From NCBI GenBank assembly GCA_951406725.2, contig OX597816.1, forward strand, positions 108,376,001-108,440,000: a DNA stretch of 64,000 bases. Direction: 5' to 3'. The notes under the pieces were generated by a model. The model worked only from the letters and a program-made list of their open reading frames with translations, was not told the DNA's origin and did no database searches. Shown in pieces: positions 14,862-28,000 of this stretch (position 1 is the stretch's first letter; every line of letters begins with the position of its first letter). Source of the DNA: Octopus vulgaris (lineage: Eukaryota). The position numbers and the translations under genes were made by a program.

Positions 14862-15959
14862 ATGTATATATATATATATACAGACTCAAAAATATTCTTA
14901 CGTAATGGAGTACAACACATACAATCTCAGAGAGATTTTATATATTACGCTTTTCAAATACTGTTGTTGAACGTAAGCTAAAACATCGTAAAACTACGCA
15001 AATGACAGAAACAAATGCAAAATATCACGCACAATCACATCATAATACTGCAAACACATAATAAGCACACACACACATACATGCGTAGTTGTATCTACAT
15101 ACACACATATTTAGATACTTACCTATATACATACATTTTTGCTCGATTGATGTAAAAAGACATTAAAGTCAAAATACGAAACATCATTTCTTAAAACAAT
15201 AGTAACACGTTAGACATTTTCAATGTTTTCATTTACACACAGGAGCATACAGACTCATAAACACACACACACGTATGTGTGCGTGTGTGCACATAGATGT
15301 ATATAAATACATATATAATATGTATACACACATATTTATATACAAGTATACATACATATATAAACTATAAATATAGTGAAATCTCAAGAACTCACCTAAA
15401 CGTGACACACGAAAGCATTATATGAATAGCATACAAACAAAAACACTGTTTACAAACAAACACTTACAAACACAAACGAATATGCACGGATCACACGTCG
15501 CACATATTGCATTTAAAATAGTATGTAGATATGATATAGCATAAAATGTTAATGTGTCAATCACAATAACTTAGCAACGATCTAGAAAACTTCAACATAC
15601 CTCCCTGCAAACATTTAACACATAAAATCGTTATATGACATACATCATTTCAAACATAGCAACAGATTACCAAATCGTCAGAAAAGTTAGGCGTAAGCAA
15701 CTTAAATACAGTACCTACAGCAAACAAAGTACAGGCGTGAGTGAGTTGTACTGACTTTCTGAACTTCTCAATTGCCGCGTTAGTCTGAGTTCGATTCCAC
15801 TGTGTGGTACCCTGTGTGAATATCTTCGCTCATAGCTTTGCGTTGATCAATGCTTTTATAATATCAATTTCGTACACGAAAGACGGGTGAAGTCTGTCAA
15901 GGATATATATATTCAGGTGAGTGTGCATGTGTAAATACACACATACATACATACATGCA

Positions 15960-15990
<31 letters not shown>

Positions 15991-18956
15991 GTATATATTT
16001 ATATATATACACATAGTATAGTGCTAAGCCAACCAAAATCTCGTGAGTGGATTCGGGAGACGGAAACTGAAAGAAGTCCGTCATATGAGTGTGTGTGCGT
16101 GTGTTTCTTAGTCTCTTTGTGTTTGTTCATCATCACCGACTGACAACCGATGTTGGAGTGTTTGCATCCCGCATACTAGCGGTTCAGCAAAATGAGATCG
16201 ATAGAATATTCCCAGGCTTAAAAAAGAATAAGTACTGGTGTCGATTTGTTTGAGAAAACCTTTTAAAATGGTGTCCTAGCATGGCCGCAGTCCAATGACT
16301 GAAACTAGTAAAGGATAAAATATATCAATTCATATTTCTAGTAATGTGAACAACTCTTTCAAGGGTATATGAGTTAGTGTCCTTTAACTGACTCTAATGT
16401 TGATCTTGGAGAAACCAGAAAGAACTAATTTTTAGATGGAGGAAGAACAAAATTTTAATATGGGATTAAAGCAGATTAAAACGCTATCAGTTGATGGGGA
16501 AGGACATAATGTTGATAGGGCACGGAGAATATGGGTGTAGCTAGAATAAAATAGAAAAATAAAATATAGAAAAAAAGAAAATGTAAGACGAATTAAATGT
16601 AAATTGAAACAATATCAGACGTCACCGCATTGATGTAGTTTTATTTGGATGGAAGTTGTGATTCTTAGTTGTGTAATGGGATTTTTCAAAGTGTTTGCCT
16701 TCCACAAATACCTTTAATTTGGTATCTAAATTGAAGTCCCTTCATAACAAAGTCTATTTTTACGCAGCTCAGAACTTTGTAGCTAACGCAGGCACTTTGA
16801 GAAGCGCTTTTTATGCAACTGGGAAACACCACCTTCACCCAACTAAAGACACATACAAGTAAGGATATATGATAATGCTTCGTATTAAACTTTCTTCATC
16901 TTGTGATTTCTTCTTTACACTCTTCTGCTTTACTTGTTTGTTTTGTTTTTTTCTTAAAACACCCATCTTCATATTTTATCACCGATATTATATTCCTCCA
17001 ATGGCCGTGTTTTAATCTCCCTTAATGCCATATAACATTTTGTTTTCCGATAAATCCTTGCGTCTAATAGTATTTATTCCGCCTGATTGGAACAATTTCT
17101 CGCTTATCACTTTGCCATCGGAAATGCGATAAACTAGTGACTGACCTGTTGAAAAGAACAGCTTCACCGTTTACCAAGACATAATACTACAAAAATAACA
17201 AAGAAATAGACAAACGTATGCTGGTGCACAATTTCTTCATATATATATATAAGCTCTAAAACAAAGTAATATATATAAATATATATACGAATCAATATAC
17301 AAACATAAGCAAGTATCTTCATGGAATATAGTTTCTCAGATATGTTAAGACGTACATATTTTTCAATTTTCGTGATGTTTACATTTCCTATAAGTTTTAC
17401 TATAAGTTTTGTATCGTACAAGACGGAACAAATTCAGAAAGAATTAAGCGAGTGATTCTGATTGGCTAGAATAAAAGATAAATATGTAAAAGAAATCGAC
17501 AGGAAATTACATTTTCCTTTTTATTTTAATTAAAACTCTTATATTAACTAATTAATGGTTTGTTGTTTTACAAACGAAATAAATAATATTCGAGATCTTC
17601 GTTAATATAGTTCTTTATTCAAAAAAGGAAACAGAGAAAAATTATACAAATTGAAAATAAGATTAGATATCATGATTTAGTTTTTAATATATAACTATAT
17701 TAGGTCGACAAGCTGGCAGAATCGTTAACACGCCGGGCAAAATGCTTAGTAGTATATTTCGTCTGACGTTACATTCTGAGTTCAAATTCCACCGAAGTCA
17801 ATTTTGCCTTTCATCCTTTCGGGAGCGATTAAATAAGTACGAGTTACGCACTGCGTGCGTGCGTGATCTTTCTTTAGAGAGAGTTCAGGCCAGTTGCTGA
17901 CTAAGCAACAAGAAATTTAAAGTTAAGAGTGTCCCCTTGTGTTTGTAAATATGTGGTTGAATTGGAATGCTGGTTCAATAGTTTATGCATACACCAAAGT
18001 ATGTGCATCTGTTTCTAATAAGATTCTCAGATAGAGAATTTTAAAAATGTTTTGCATATCTTCACTGTGCCACTTATAGATTGGATTTGGAAAATCAGCG
18101 TCAGTTTTTTTTTTTTTTTTGCTCTTTCTCCATGCTTTTTTTTAGTACATAACCTAATGATAATAGTACATAGCCTAATGATGATAAGTACAAATAAGAA
18201 TTCATACTCTGGGTATTAGAGTTCTGCATTAGCTTTCCTTAGACGTCCCATTTTTCCTGGACTTTTCATTGTATATTCACATGTGCTTGGCAGCTGACCT
18301 TTACAATAGTGCATGGCTTTTGTTCCTGGTCCCACAGAACAATATCAGATGTGTTATACTTGCACCGAATTTATGCTTTACTTGCGGTGTTCCACTACTA
18401 TTCTTTCTTTTTAGAAGTGTGAATACCTCCTAGTTCTCACATGCCCTTGATGTATACGTCAGGGCAGTCCTTTCTGCAGATAGCATTGTAAATAGTCTTT
18501 GGAATCATATACCTCAAGGTCGATAAAATAAGTACCAGCTGAATAATGGAGTCGACATAATCGACTTAGCCCCTCACTTAGAATTGCTGGCCTTGTGCCA
18601 AAATTTGAGACCAGTATATAGTAAATACACGCACACACAAACCACACGCATATATAGCTACTCACACACACCTACATACATACATACATAATAAATATAT
18701 ATATATACATACATACATATACGTGCATACATATATATATATAGATATACATAAATACATATATATACATATATATACATTTATAGATATATACATGCAT
18801 ATGTATATATATATATATACATATACTTGCATACACATATGTATGTATATGTATGTATATATTTCTACATACAAATATATATTTTTATATATGTATATAC
18901 ATTCATGTATACAAACCTACATATACATATATACATGTACATACATATATATGTGT

Positions 18957-19001
<45 letters not shown>

Positions 19002-19033
19002 CGTTTAGTCATTATTACCAGATAAAAACGAAG

Positions 19034-19137
<104 letters not shown>

Positions 19138-19523
19138 ACGTATATATACAACATAAGAAAGAGGAACTAAAATTTCGTTTCCTTAAACATGCTACAATGA
19201 TAAATCCTTTTCTGAAAGCCTATAAAAAGGTGAGCTGTATTCATACCGTTTGAGAAGCTGCTACGTAATTATAATCATAGCATGATGCATTCCACTGCTA
19301 TATAACAGTCCCATTAATATTGATAAACTGACTTTTAGTTGTACCTAGGGTTTATAGGCTTTTTTATAGACTTTTTTTTAGGGAATCTTGCACACATACA
19401 AAGTCACACGCACGCACACACAACACGTACACATGTATATACACGGACAAACGCACAAACAGAACACATATCGTTGATAATCTACACTCACACAGTCACG
19501 TACGTACGTATGTAAATATATAC

Positions 19524-19556
<33 letters not shown>

Positions 19557-20205
19557 TTTATACATGCATGCACACACATATAATTATATATCTATATATT
19601 ATATACTCGTATACATGCATGCATAAATCTCTATATCATATATTGATATAATATATAAATATACTTATATAAATTCATATATATATATACATATATATTT
19701 AAATATATGAACACATATATATACACATATACATATATATACATATATATATATATACATATACATATATATATATATATTTATTTATTTATTTATACAC
19801 ACATACCTACAAACACTGAGACACACATAGACACTAATGAATATGCATATTGTTATATGTATACATATATGCCTTTGTGTGTGTGTGTGATGCGTTTGTA
19901 TGTGTATATTTCTATAGAAACGCACCACACACACACACAAAGCATATATATACATGCTTTCACAAACGCCCACATGATGTGTGTGCGTGTACGTGCATCT
20001 GTGTGTGTCTGTACGTGAAAATTTATGTGCATATATCTATATATAGATATATGTATATAAGTGTATGTATATATGTATGAATATAAATGTGTGTATGTGT
20101 GTATGCATATAAATGCATGTATGTTTATATACATATATAAAAGATACCTCTACTTTCCACATAACCTACCAAATTCTCAATTAATCTCAAATTAAGTGAG
20201 AATTA

Positions 20206-21464
20206 CGAGGGGCGTTCAATAAGTAATGCCCCTGACCCACTTGCCATAGCAAGCAATGAAACTTGGCACAGTTATTAGTCTTTTTCTACATAGGAACCAC
20301 CCAGAGTTACGCATTTCTTCCATTGTTTGATGCAGCTCTGGAGACCGTTTTTATAGAAGACCCCAGCTTGGTCCTCCAACCACGATGTGACTTCAGAAAT
20401 CAATGCTGCATCATCTGGGAAACGCTTTCCTTTCAAAAACAACTTCATGGCTGGGAAGAGGTGAAAATCAGAGGGTGCAAGGAGTTCATAGCCGCACGCC
20501 TGTGCTTCTGATCTGGCGACACGCGAGTTGTGGACCGGAGCGTTGTCCTGCCGGAGGAGGATGCCTTTGCTGATCTTGCCCCGCCTCTTGATTTTGATAT
20601 CTTCTCTTAATTTCCTCAAAAGTGAAGCATAATAGGCTCCTGTAATTGTGGTACCCTTTGCCAGGAAATCTGTCATCACTCCTCTGTCCTGGTTCCAGAA
20701 GACTGTGAGCATGACCTTACCAGCGGAGGGCTGCACCCTTGCCTTCTTTGGAGGAGGTGAGTCACGGTGCTTCCACTGCATTGACTGGGCTTTGGTCTCT
20801 GGATCATAGTGATGGACCCAGGTTTCATCCTGTGTAATCAGTCTTTTGAAAAATTTTGACGCATCTTCTTGGCACATCTCCAAATTTATCCTCGAGCACT
20901 CGACGCGTTCTTGCTTCTGGAAAGGTGTAAGCAACCTGGGAATCCATCTGGCAGACACCTTTTGCATATGCAAATGGTCATGAATGATAGTTTCCACAGA
21001 CCCGGTACTAATCTTGAGCTCATGGGTTATTTGGCGAATAGTTATGCGTCGATCTTCCAAAATTAAAGCCTCAACTTGACGGACAGATGCCTCATCAATG
21101 GCAGAAGGGGGGGGGGGCGACCAGATCTGGGAGCTGTTTCCACAGAATTCCGACCATGTTTGAATTCACGATGCCAGCGTTTTACAAGGTCATATAATGG
21201 GTCATCATCACCATAAGTTACTTTCATTTCATCAAAAGTCTCCCGGGGTGTGCGTCCTTCAAATACAAAAATTGGATCACTGCTCGACACTCAACAGGCT
21301 CCATTTCACACTTGACTCAGTTCAAACGCCTGTAAATCAGAAACCACAATTATTTCAGAGCTGTAATTTGTCACTTAATCTATAGAGATATACATAATTA
21401 CACATGCAAAATTTCAGCTAGATCAAACAATTGCAAGTGGGCCAGGGGCATTACTTATTTAACG
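20206..21464 (-). mobile_element. Mariner (DD34D, irritans-like) DNA transposon, near full length
   Basis: TA then TIR cgagggggcgttcaataagtaatgcccctgacccacttgc. The opposite end gcaagtgggccaggggcattacttatttaacg|ta lacks the outermost ~7 bp. Confidence 0.93.
20275..21304 (-). pseudogene. Mariner transposase pseudogene
   Basis: MEPVECRAVIQFLYLK/GRTPRETF..., WIPRLL, ITQDETWVHHY, RQDNAPVH, LAPSDFHLF. Two frameshifts (near 21255 and at the G-run ~21107-21117), and the PHPPYSPDL segment normally preceding LAPSD is absent. Confidence 0.9.
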
Positions 21465-21574
21465 TAATAATTCATTTCCGATGGAATCATTTTCTTAGGA
21501 ATTGTTGCGCACCATTCATTTAACGCATGTACAACCACACACACACACACTCACAAACATGCGTGAACATATAT

Positions 21575-21634
<60 letters not shown>

Positions 21635-21637
<3 letters not shown>

Positions 21638-21922
21638 CGTGATCACCGTGACCGATCAGGTTATCAGATGTTGCTACACATCGCTGGTCACAATGCGTTT
21701 CGCATTGTTTTAGCCTTCAAAAGACGCCACCCCGCTGGCTAAGCAAGTGAGAGAAAGTTGTGGCGAAAGAGTATAGCAGGGATGGCCACCACCCCCTGCC
21801 GGAGCCTCGTGGATCTTCACGTATTTTCGCTCATTAAATACTCACAACGCCCGATCTGGGAATCGAAACCGCGATCCTACGACCGCGAGCCCACTGCCCT
21901 AACCACTGGGCCATTGCGCCTC

Positions 21923-21923
<1 letters not shown>
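21635..21923 (-). mobile_element. tRNA-derived SINE (third family)
   Basis: Minus-strand head GGAGGCGCAATGGCCCAGTGGTTAGGGC...GGTTTCGATTCCC (A and B boxes); 3' end (cacggtgat)x2 running into (TA)n. Confidence 0.75.
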
Positions 21924-21971
<48 letters not shown>

Positions 21972-22667
21972 TTGAAAATATGTATGTATGTATATATCAT
22001 ACATACATATTTATGACTAAATCATTCTTCATAGCCTAATGGTCCCTAAAAGGTAGCATGTGTCTCATACGCTGTATAATTAAACCACAGCAACATGATG
22101 CATGTGTAAAGAAACTGAAAGACATTTCTGAAAAGAAACTCTCGCACGGCAATCTTATGTGAATTTGTAATGATGCAATACGGCAATACTGACATGCAAA
22201 TAGAATATGGAGATGAGAAAATCATCCTAGATATATGAATATTAATATGGACCTTTACAACATAATAATTACAACTGAAAGACAATGAAGAACTAATAAT
22301 ATGTTTAACATATGGCTATAAATATTTCGGGGAAAGGAAGTCCTGTTATATCAAATGCAATTGTTCACGAATTTTAAATTTAGTGACTCAGAGTCGTGTC
22401 ACAATCTAAATACACGTGACAAAATCCACCAAAGCATCTTGTCCGAGCTATAACGATTTTATGAGCCAACACTTTATGTAATAGTAATAATAATCTTTTC
22501 TTCTATAGTCACAAGACCTGGATTTTTGTGAGGAGATGGACAATCGATCAAATCTACCCCAGTACGCACTGGTACTTTATTTTTCGGCCCCGAAAGGATG
22601 AAAGGCAAAATCGACCCCGGCGGTATTTGAACTCAGAGTGTTAAGACGGTTCTGCCAGCAAGCCACC

Positions 22668-22750
<83 letters not shown>

Positions 22751-22815
22751 AAGAAGAAGCAGAAGAAGAAGAAGAAGAAGAAGAAGAAGAAGAAGAAGAA
22801 GAAGAAGAAGAAGAA
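22668..22815. repeat. Compound (AAT)n-(AAG)n microsatellite
   Basis: Directly visible. Confidence 0.97.
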
Positions 22816-23012
22816 TGGTATTGAACAGAATATTTGCTGTAGCCCAAATTTTATACCAAGACAAAACATGTACATGATAGCACTCGATTGTAGTATTGTC
22901 GCTTTGCAGAACAGTACCATCCTATATTCTGTAAGAATCCTTAGATTCTTGTGATTTGTTGTCACCAAATATCAAGACAAAATACCTGCTAACTAGATTA
23001 GCATGCGCTAGC

Positions 23013-23063
<51 letters not shown>

Positions 23064-23599
23064 CCCATTACCAGGCAGTGGTTCTCATGGCTTCTGATCT
23101 TAACTGATTGGAAGTGTTATCATGTACATAGGTTTGTCTTGGTATAAAAGATGGGCTACAGCAAATATTCTGCTCAATACCACAGATTTGCTTGTCAGTT
23201 GTTTGACCTTAACCAGTTGAGCATGTCCCTTGGTGGCTGACGATATGTGCCTCTCTGATCACGAGCAGAAGTAGTGGGAGAGCATTATAGCCATGTGTTG
23301 AGAGGGTTTCTTTGGGGTTTGGATAATTCACCTTTGGAAACATGGGTGTCTTGTTCAACACCCTTAAACGACCCTTATTCAGGGACCTTTTGAGCGCGAT
23401 GGGCTACTCGATTTGAAGAAAATCCTAACTGGGCCTCACCTGCAAGGTCATGTGCTGTTAATCTTGACATGTCGCGCACATATGGTTGTGATGCATGAGC
23501 CTTGTGTACATGCATCAGACGGGTAGTCATGATGGGTATACTGGGCGTCGTATATTTTACCCCAGTGTCACTCTGATGACATGCACTGCTCTCTCACTC

Positions 23600-23600
<1 letters not shown>
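23064..23600. mobile_element. Interspersed repeat inserted between (AAT)n tracts, possibly derived from an RLE-type LINE
   Basis: GC-richer 540-bp block bounded by (AAT)n on both sides. 23113-23182 has a diverged inverted copy at ~22816-22883 that runs into LQNSTILYSVRILR, resembling the LQKxxxLxTARILR C-terminus of R4/NeSL-type ORFs. Confidence 0.45.
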
Positions 23601-23656
<56 letters not shown>

Positions 23657-25158
23657 TTATCTTCTTTCTACAAATGGAGAATAATGAACGCGCATTGTAG
23701 TGGTAGAGTGCAAAATGTAGTGGGGGTTATAGCAAAATATACCCATTTTATAATAAATTTACTTACGAGCTGCGCATCCCACTATCCCTTACTCTTCCAC
23801 TACAAGTGGAACATGAACAAGTTGATGAAGACTTGGCCGAAAAGGAAACTGTATCTTATTGACCTGGAGACATGAACGGGAAAAAATCCTGTTACTACTC
23901 ATTGCTTTTTAATAAAAGAAAAATTATTGATTTCATAAGCCTAAAATTTAGTTTTATTTTTTTTAAAGAATGTCTCGTTTATTATTTACCTGAGCATTTT
24001 ATTAGCTTTAATGCGTTTTTAGAAAGATATTAGTTATTGTATCCTGAATATATGAGGTTTGCAGCTATAAATTTGATTTCCTCTTATCTTGAGTTAACTT
24101 TCAGAAACAATTTGAGGAGCTGCAATTTGAAATTCTATGATTACAAATACCTGTTTAAATTTATTCTTAATTATTGTGATAATTTTTAAACCTTGAAATT
24201 AAAAAGAAACAGACAATTATTTAAATATGATATTTTAATATTAATATATATCATTAATATGGAAAGCATTTTTTATTAGCATTAAATCAAGTTTATTTTA
24301 TAAAAATTCTATTATCCTAAGAATAAATTTTTTTATAAAAGCTCTGATTAGACTTTAAAGTTGTAGGCTGAAATTAAAAAGTGCTTATTTTTAAATATTT
24401 TTTAGAAACTTTAATCTTTTTTTATAGGAAGACTCAGGCTAAATTCTGAGACATTTGGCGTTCTTTCATAAATTTATTTTTCTTTTAAAACATACGTCCA
24501 TTAATTTTCTTGACGACTATAAATAAAGGAGTTTTCTAACTACAGTAACAATTTTAAAGAAGTGAATGAATCTAAAAGGGTTTTATTTGGTGATTATTAT
24601 GTGAATTTTCTTGTTAATTATCATTGATTCCAAGAGGAAAATCTCCTCTGGCCATTTTTATTTTAAGGTAGAAAGTGCTAGAGCATTGCTGACCCGTGGA
24701 ATTAAGTCGAACAACTGTTATCACGTCCAGGATGGATCTAGCTATCAGTAGCTTCCATCGTGAAGATCTCATCACCACCCTCCTTTGGCCTGGAAAGGCA
24801 GGTAGCTTTGTCTGTCTGTCGGCTATGGTGAAAGGGATTTATAAAGGACGAGACTGAAAGGGCTGAAGAGAAACACTTTCCTTTTCAGCTAAGACTGTTG
24901 ACTTCTTCAAGTTCCACGTGGAAAGGAAGGTGTAGGTGGAGAGGTAGATGCTGCACCCTCACCACTTCGTATAATCTTTATTCTTTTATTCTTTAACTTG
25001 TTTCAATCATTTTGTCTGTGGCCATGCTGGAGCACCGCCTTTTAGTCGAACAAATCGACCCCTGGACTTATTCTTTGTAAGCTTAGTCTCTTTTGCCGAA
25101 CCGCTAAGTTACGGAGACGTAAACAACACCACCATCTGTTGTCAAGCGACACAAACGC

Positions 25159-25226
<68 letters not shown>

Positions 25227-25250
25227 TTTTTTTAAAGCAGCAGAAAATTC

Positions 25251-25304
25251 AACAAAATCTGTTACTCTGAGTTTCTCGTTGCCGTTCATCAGACAGTTTT
25301 TGTT
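25251..25304 (-). ncRNA. Type I hammerhead ribozyme, near-canonical
   Basis: Minus strand: aacaaaaactgt-CTGATGA-ACG-gcaa-CGA-GAAA-CTC-a-GAGTA-acagattttgtt. Stem I 11 of 12 bp, intact core, GNRA-capped stem II with one A-A mismatch, quasi-palindromic stem III, GUA triplet (predicted cut between 25263 and 25262). Confidence 0.78.
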
Positions 25305-27699
25305 AGAATGGAACCGATATATCAATTCAATCCAAACTCTTACAAACGCTATACCTTTAAAAAATGGACTTGTTTGATTGGCCCTTTAGAAATAACGGTC
25401 AATCTTCGAGCGATACACAAAAAATGAGCTCAAAAATATATATGTATATATATATAAAAATTATTAAAAAATTTATAAAATTCGAGGAAAAACCTTACAT
25501 TGAATAAAATACATATTGACGTTAATGAAGAAATATAATTAATATTTTGTGCTCAAGCAACCAGGCTAACTTGAGATTTGCGGAGTTTGTTGACTGCCCT
25601 TGGATAGTGTTTTCCCTCTATTGATGAGATTACTGTTAGTTCTTATGGCTTTTATTGTTTACACCTGTTTATGTTAAATCCCCGCTATCCTTTGTTTCTT
25701 ATTGTCCTAAATGTTTTGTGGCCGTGTGGTCAATAGAGAATGTGTTGTTGTTGCTGCTGCTGTTACTGCTGCTCTTGTTGTTGCTGCTGTTACTGTTGTT
25801 ATTGTTGTTGCTGCTCTTGTTGTTGTTGCTAAGCAACAAGACGGGTAAGTGTGATTAGGTGATGGTCTAGACCTTGGAAAAAAAAAACTTTGGTCGCCTT
25901 GTTGTAGTCGAGGGCTCTTCGTTGACGCCCGACACTACTGGGGGGTAGCCCTCGAAGTCGCAGTAAATGGAGATCTCCAGGTCCAAATTCTTGAACGGTT
26001 GTTGTTGCTGCTGTTACTGTTGTTAGTGTTGTTACTGCTGTTGTTGATGCTGCTGCTTTTAGTATTGCATGTCGGCGGTAAATTAGCTGAAAAGCTAGAG
26101 CGTCGTGCGATATACCGTGCGGTATTTAGTTACAGTGCTTTACACTCCGTGTTCAAATTCTCCGATATCAACTTTGCATGTCATTCTTTTGGCGGGAACT
26201 GTTAATAGAGTGTCCCTCTAGTACTGAACCTATTTCATCAACTAATCCATACCCTACTCCCACCAAATCTCTGACTTTGGAACTATGTTAAAAACAATTA
26301 TTGTCGCTCAGTATTTGTTTCCTGCTTCAGAAACACGCTTTAGTATAATATTCCTTGTATGTCTACTTCGTTTTTACATAACACACCAGGTTCCTTTCAG
26401 CTCAATAAAGTATTCTGTACAATACAATTAAGATTCAGTGAAATAATAGTTTTCATTCGAATACACTTTTTTCCATTAATCACCATAATAAAACTCGGTT
26501 AGGTGTATGAAATGAAAATGTTAAAAAAATATGAAAGAAATCTGTATATTTTATATAAACAAGAGAGTAGATCGCTCTTCTCTTTAGAATATAATAAACT
26601 TTCTGTTTCCTTTTCATGAAACCCAAACGAAAGACCAAACGTATACAAACTAAAATCTATGCAGACTTTTTATTTTCATATGGCAGCTATTTTACTGGAA
26701 AAGATTGTTTAAATAAATGTCAACTATTGAATGTTTTCTGAACACTTAGAGTAAACCGGAAATGATAAAACTTTGGAACGAATAATTTCAACACTGATAA
26801 CAGAAATATTGCCAACCTACCAGAGAGAATACTCTTTGTTCTTTCAGTTATGAGTGTGTGTGGGGGGTGTACATATAAATATAATACTCATAGGTTAATA
26901 CATATATCATATATGTGTGTGTATGTGTGCAGCATAGTTGAAAGGAAAGCTTTTCCCTGTATACACAAATGTATGTATGTATATGTGCGTATGTGCGTAT
27001 TGGTGTGTATGTGTGTAAGCGCATGTGATATCTACGTATTCATTTATAGGGAATGTATGTATATAATAATGTTTATTATTGAAAAACATATCTCTAACAC
27101 ATTTCTGATACTTTATCTTACTCATTTCGGACTTACGCATCTAAATTTTAACTGCTCAAAGTGTATATAATGGCTGCACGTTTATGTACATCCTGTTGTA
27201 CTGGCCACTCATTTCTGCGTATTTTCAATCAAAATTAAAATGCATTCAATTTATTGCAATGCTTCTTACGTTAAATATTATACCTTCGTATGCATATGTG
27301 TAAAATGTGCAAATACTTGTATTTTTATGCTACTTTTATTAGCCACTTTATTCCTCATTGAGTAGGCCTGTGATCCAAGGTATTCATTCATGACCATCGC
27401 CTCTTTTGTTTTCAGACATATCTAGAAAATGGCATTAACTTTTTAAGATGCTAAAACCTGATTTCAAGGAGATTTCAATGCTATTTTCTGAAATGTTCCT
27501 TTGAGGCCAATCAGTGCTGAAAGTCAAAAGCTAATTTCTACCAACAAAATTACTAACGTATCCGTCGATGGTAGATCGAACTAACTTAACCGACTGTCCA
27601 GTTCAACTAGGACATTGCAACCATCTTATAACTAACAGAATAAAAATGTTAACAAATACCAAACCATACATTTGCTTCCATAGTTCATCTCTAAAATAC

Positions 27700-28000
27700 A
27701 GCGAATATACGGTAGCCATTTTGAATACAAGTAGTTTCAAATCTTTTGTGTTGTTGAATTGACTCTCGTTTACAGAAAAATTATCCCTGTTCTCTGCATA
27801 TAATAACATTTTTTTCTTCAGCCATTGCCGCCATCTTTCAAAAAAAACGAACGTTCATTTGTCGTAAAACTTCAAATACACTGTTAACTATTTCTAATCA
27901 TCCTGATTTGAAATAGCCGATGTTTAAAGTTCAAGTGATGTTTCAAACATCTATTGTTGTCGTCTGCTTTAAGGTCGGGAACAAAAGACAGTCGTTATAT
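27700..28000 (-). mobile_element. Highly decayed mariner transposase C-terminal fossil
   Basis: Minus-strand NDCLLFPTLK followed by F..V..FF.KDG-like residues, resembling SDFxLFPxLK...FFxxG. Fragmentary. Confidence 0.3.

Noticed and set aside
16600-17160. Faint gypsy RT/RNase H-like residues on the minus strand
   Set aside because: Too decayed to support by eye; needs an HMM search.
21850-21923. tRNA gene-like sequence
   Set aside because: It is the A/B-box head of a SINE, with no complete cloverleaf or acceptor stem.
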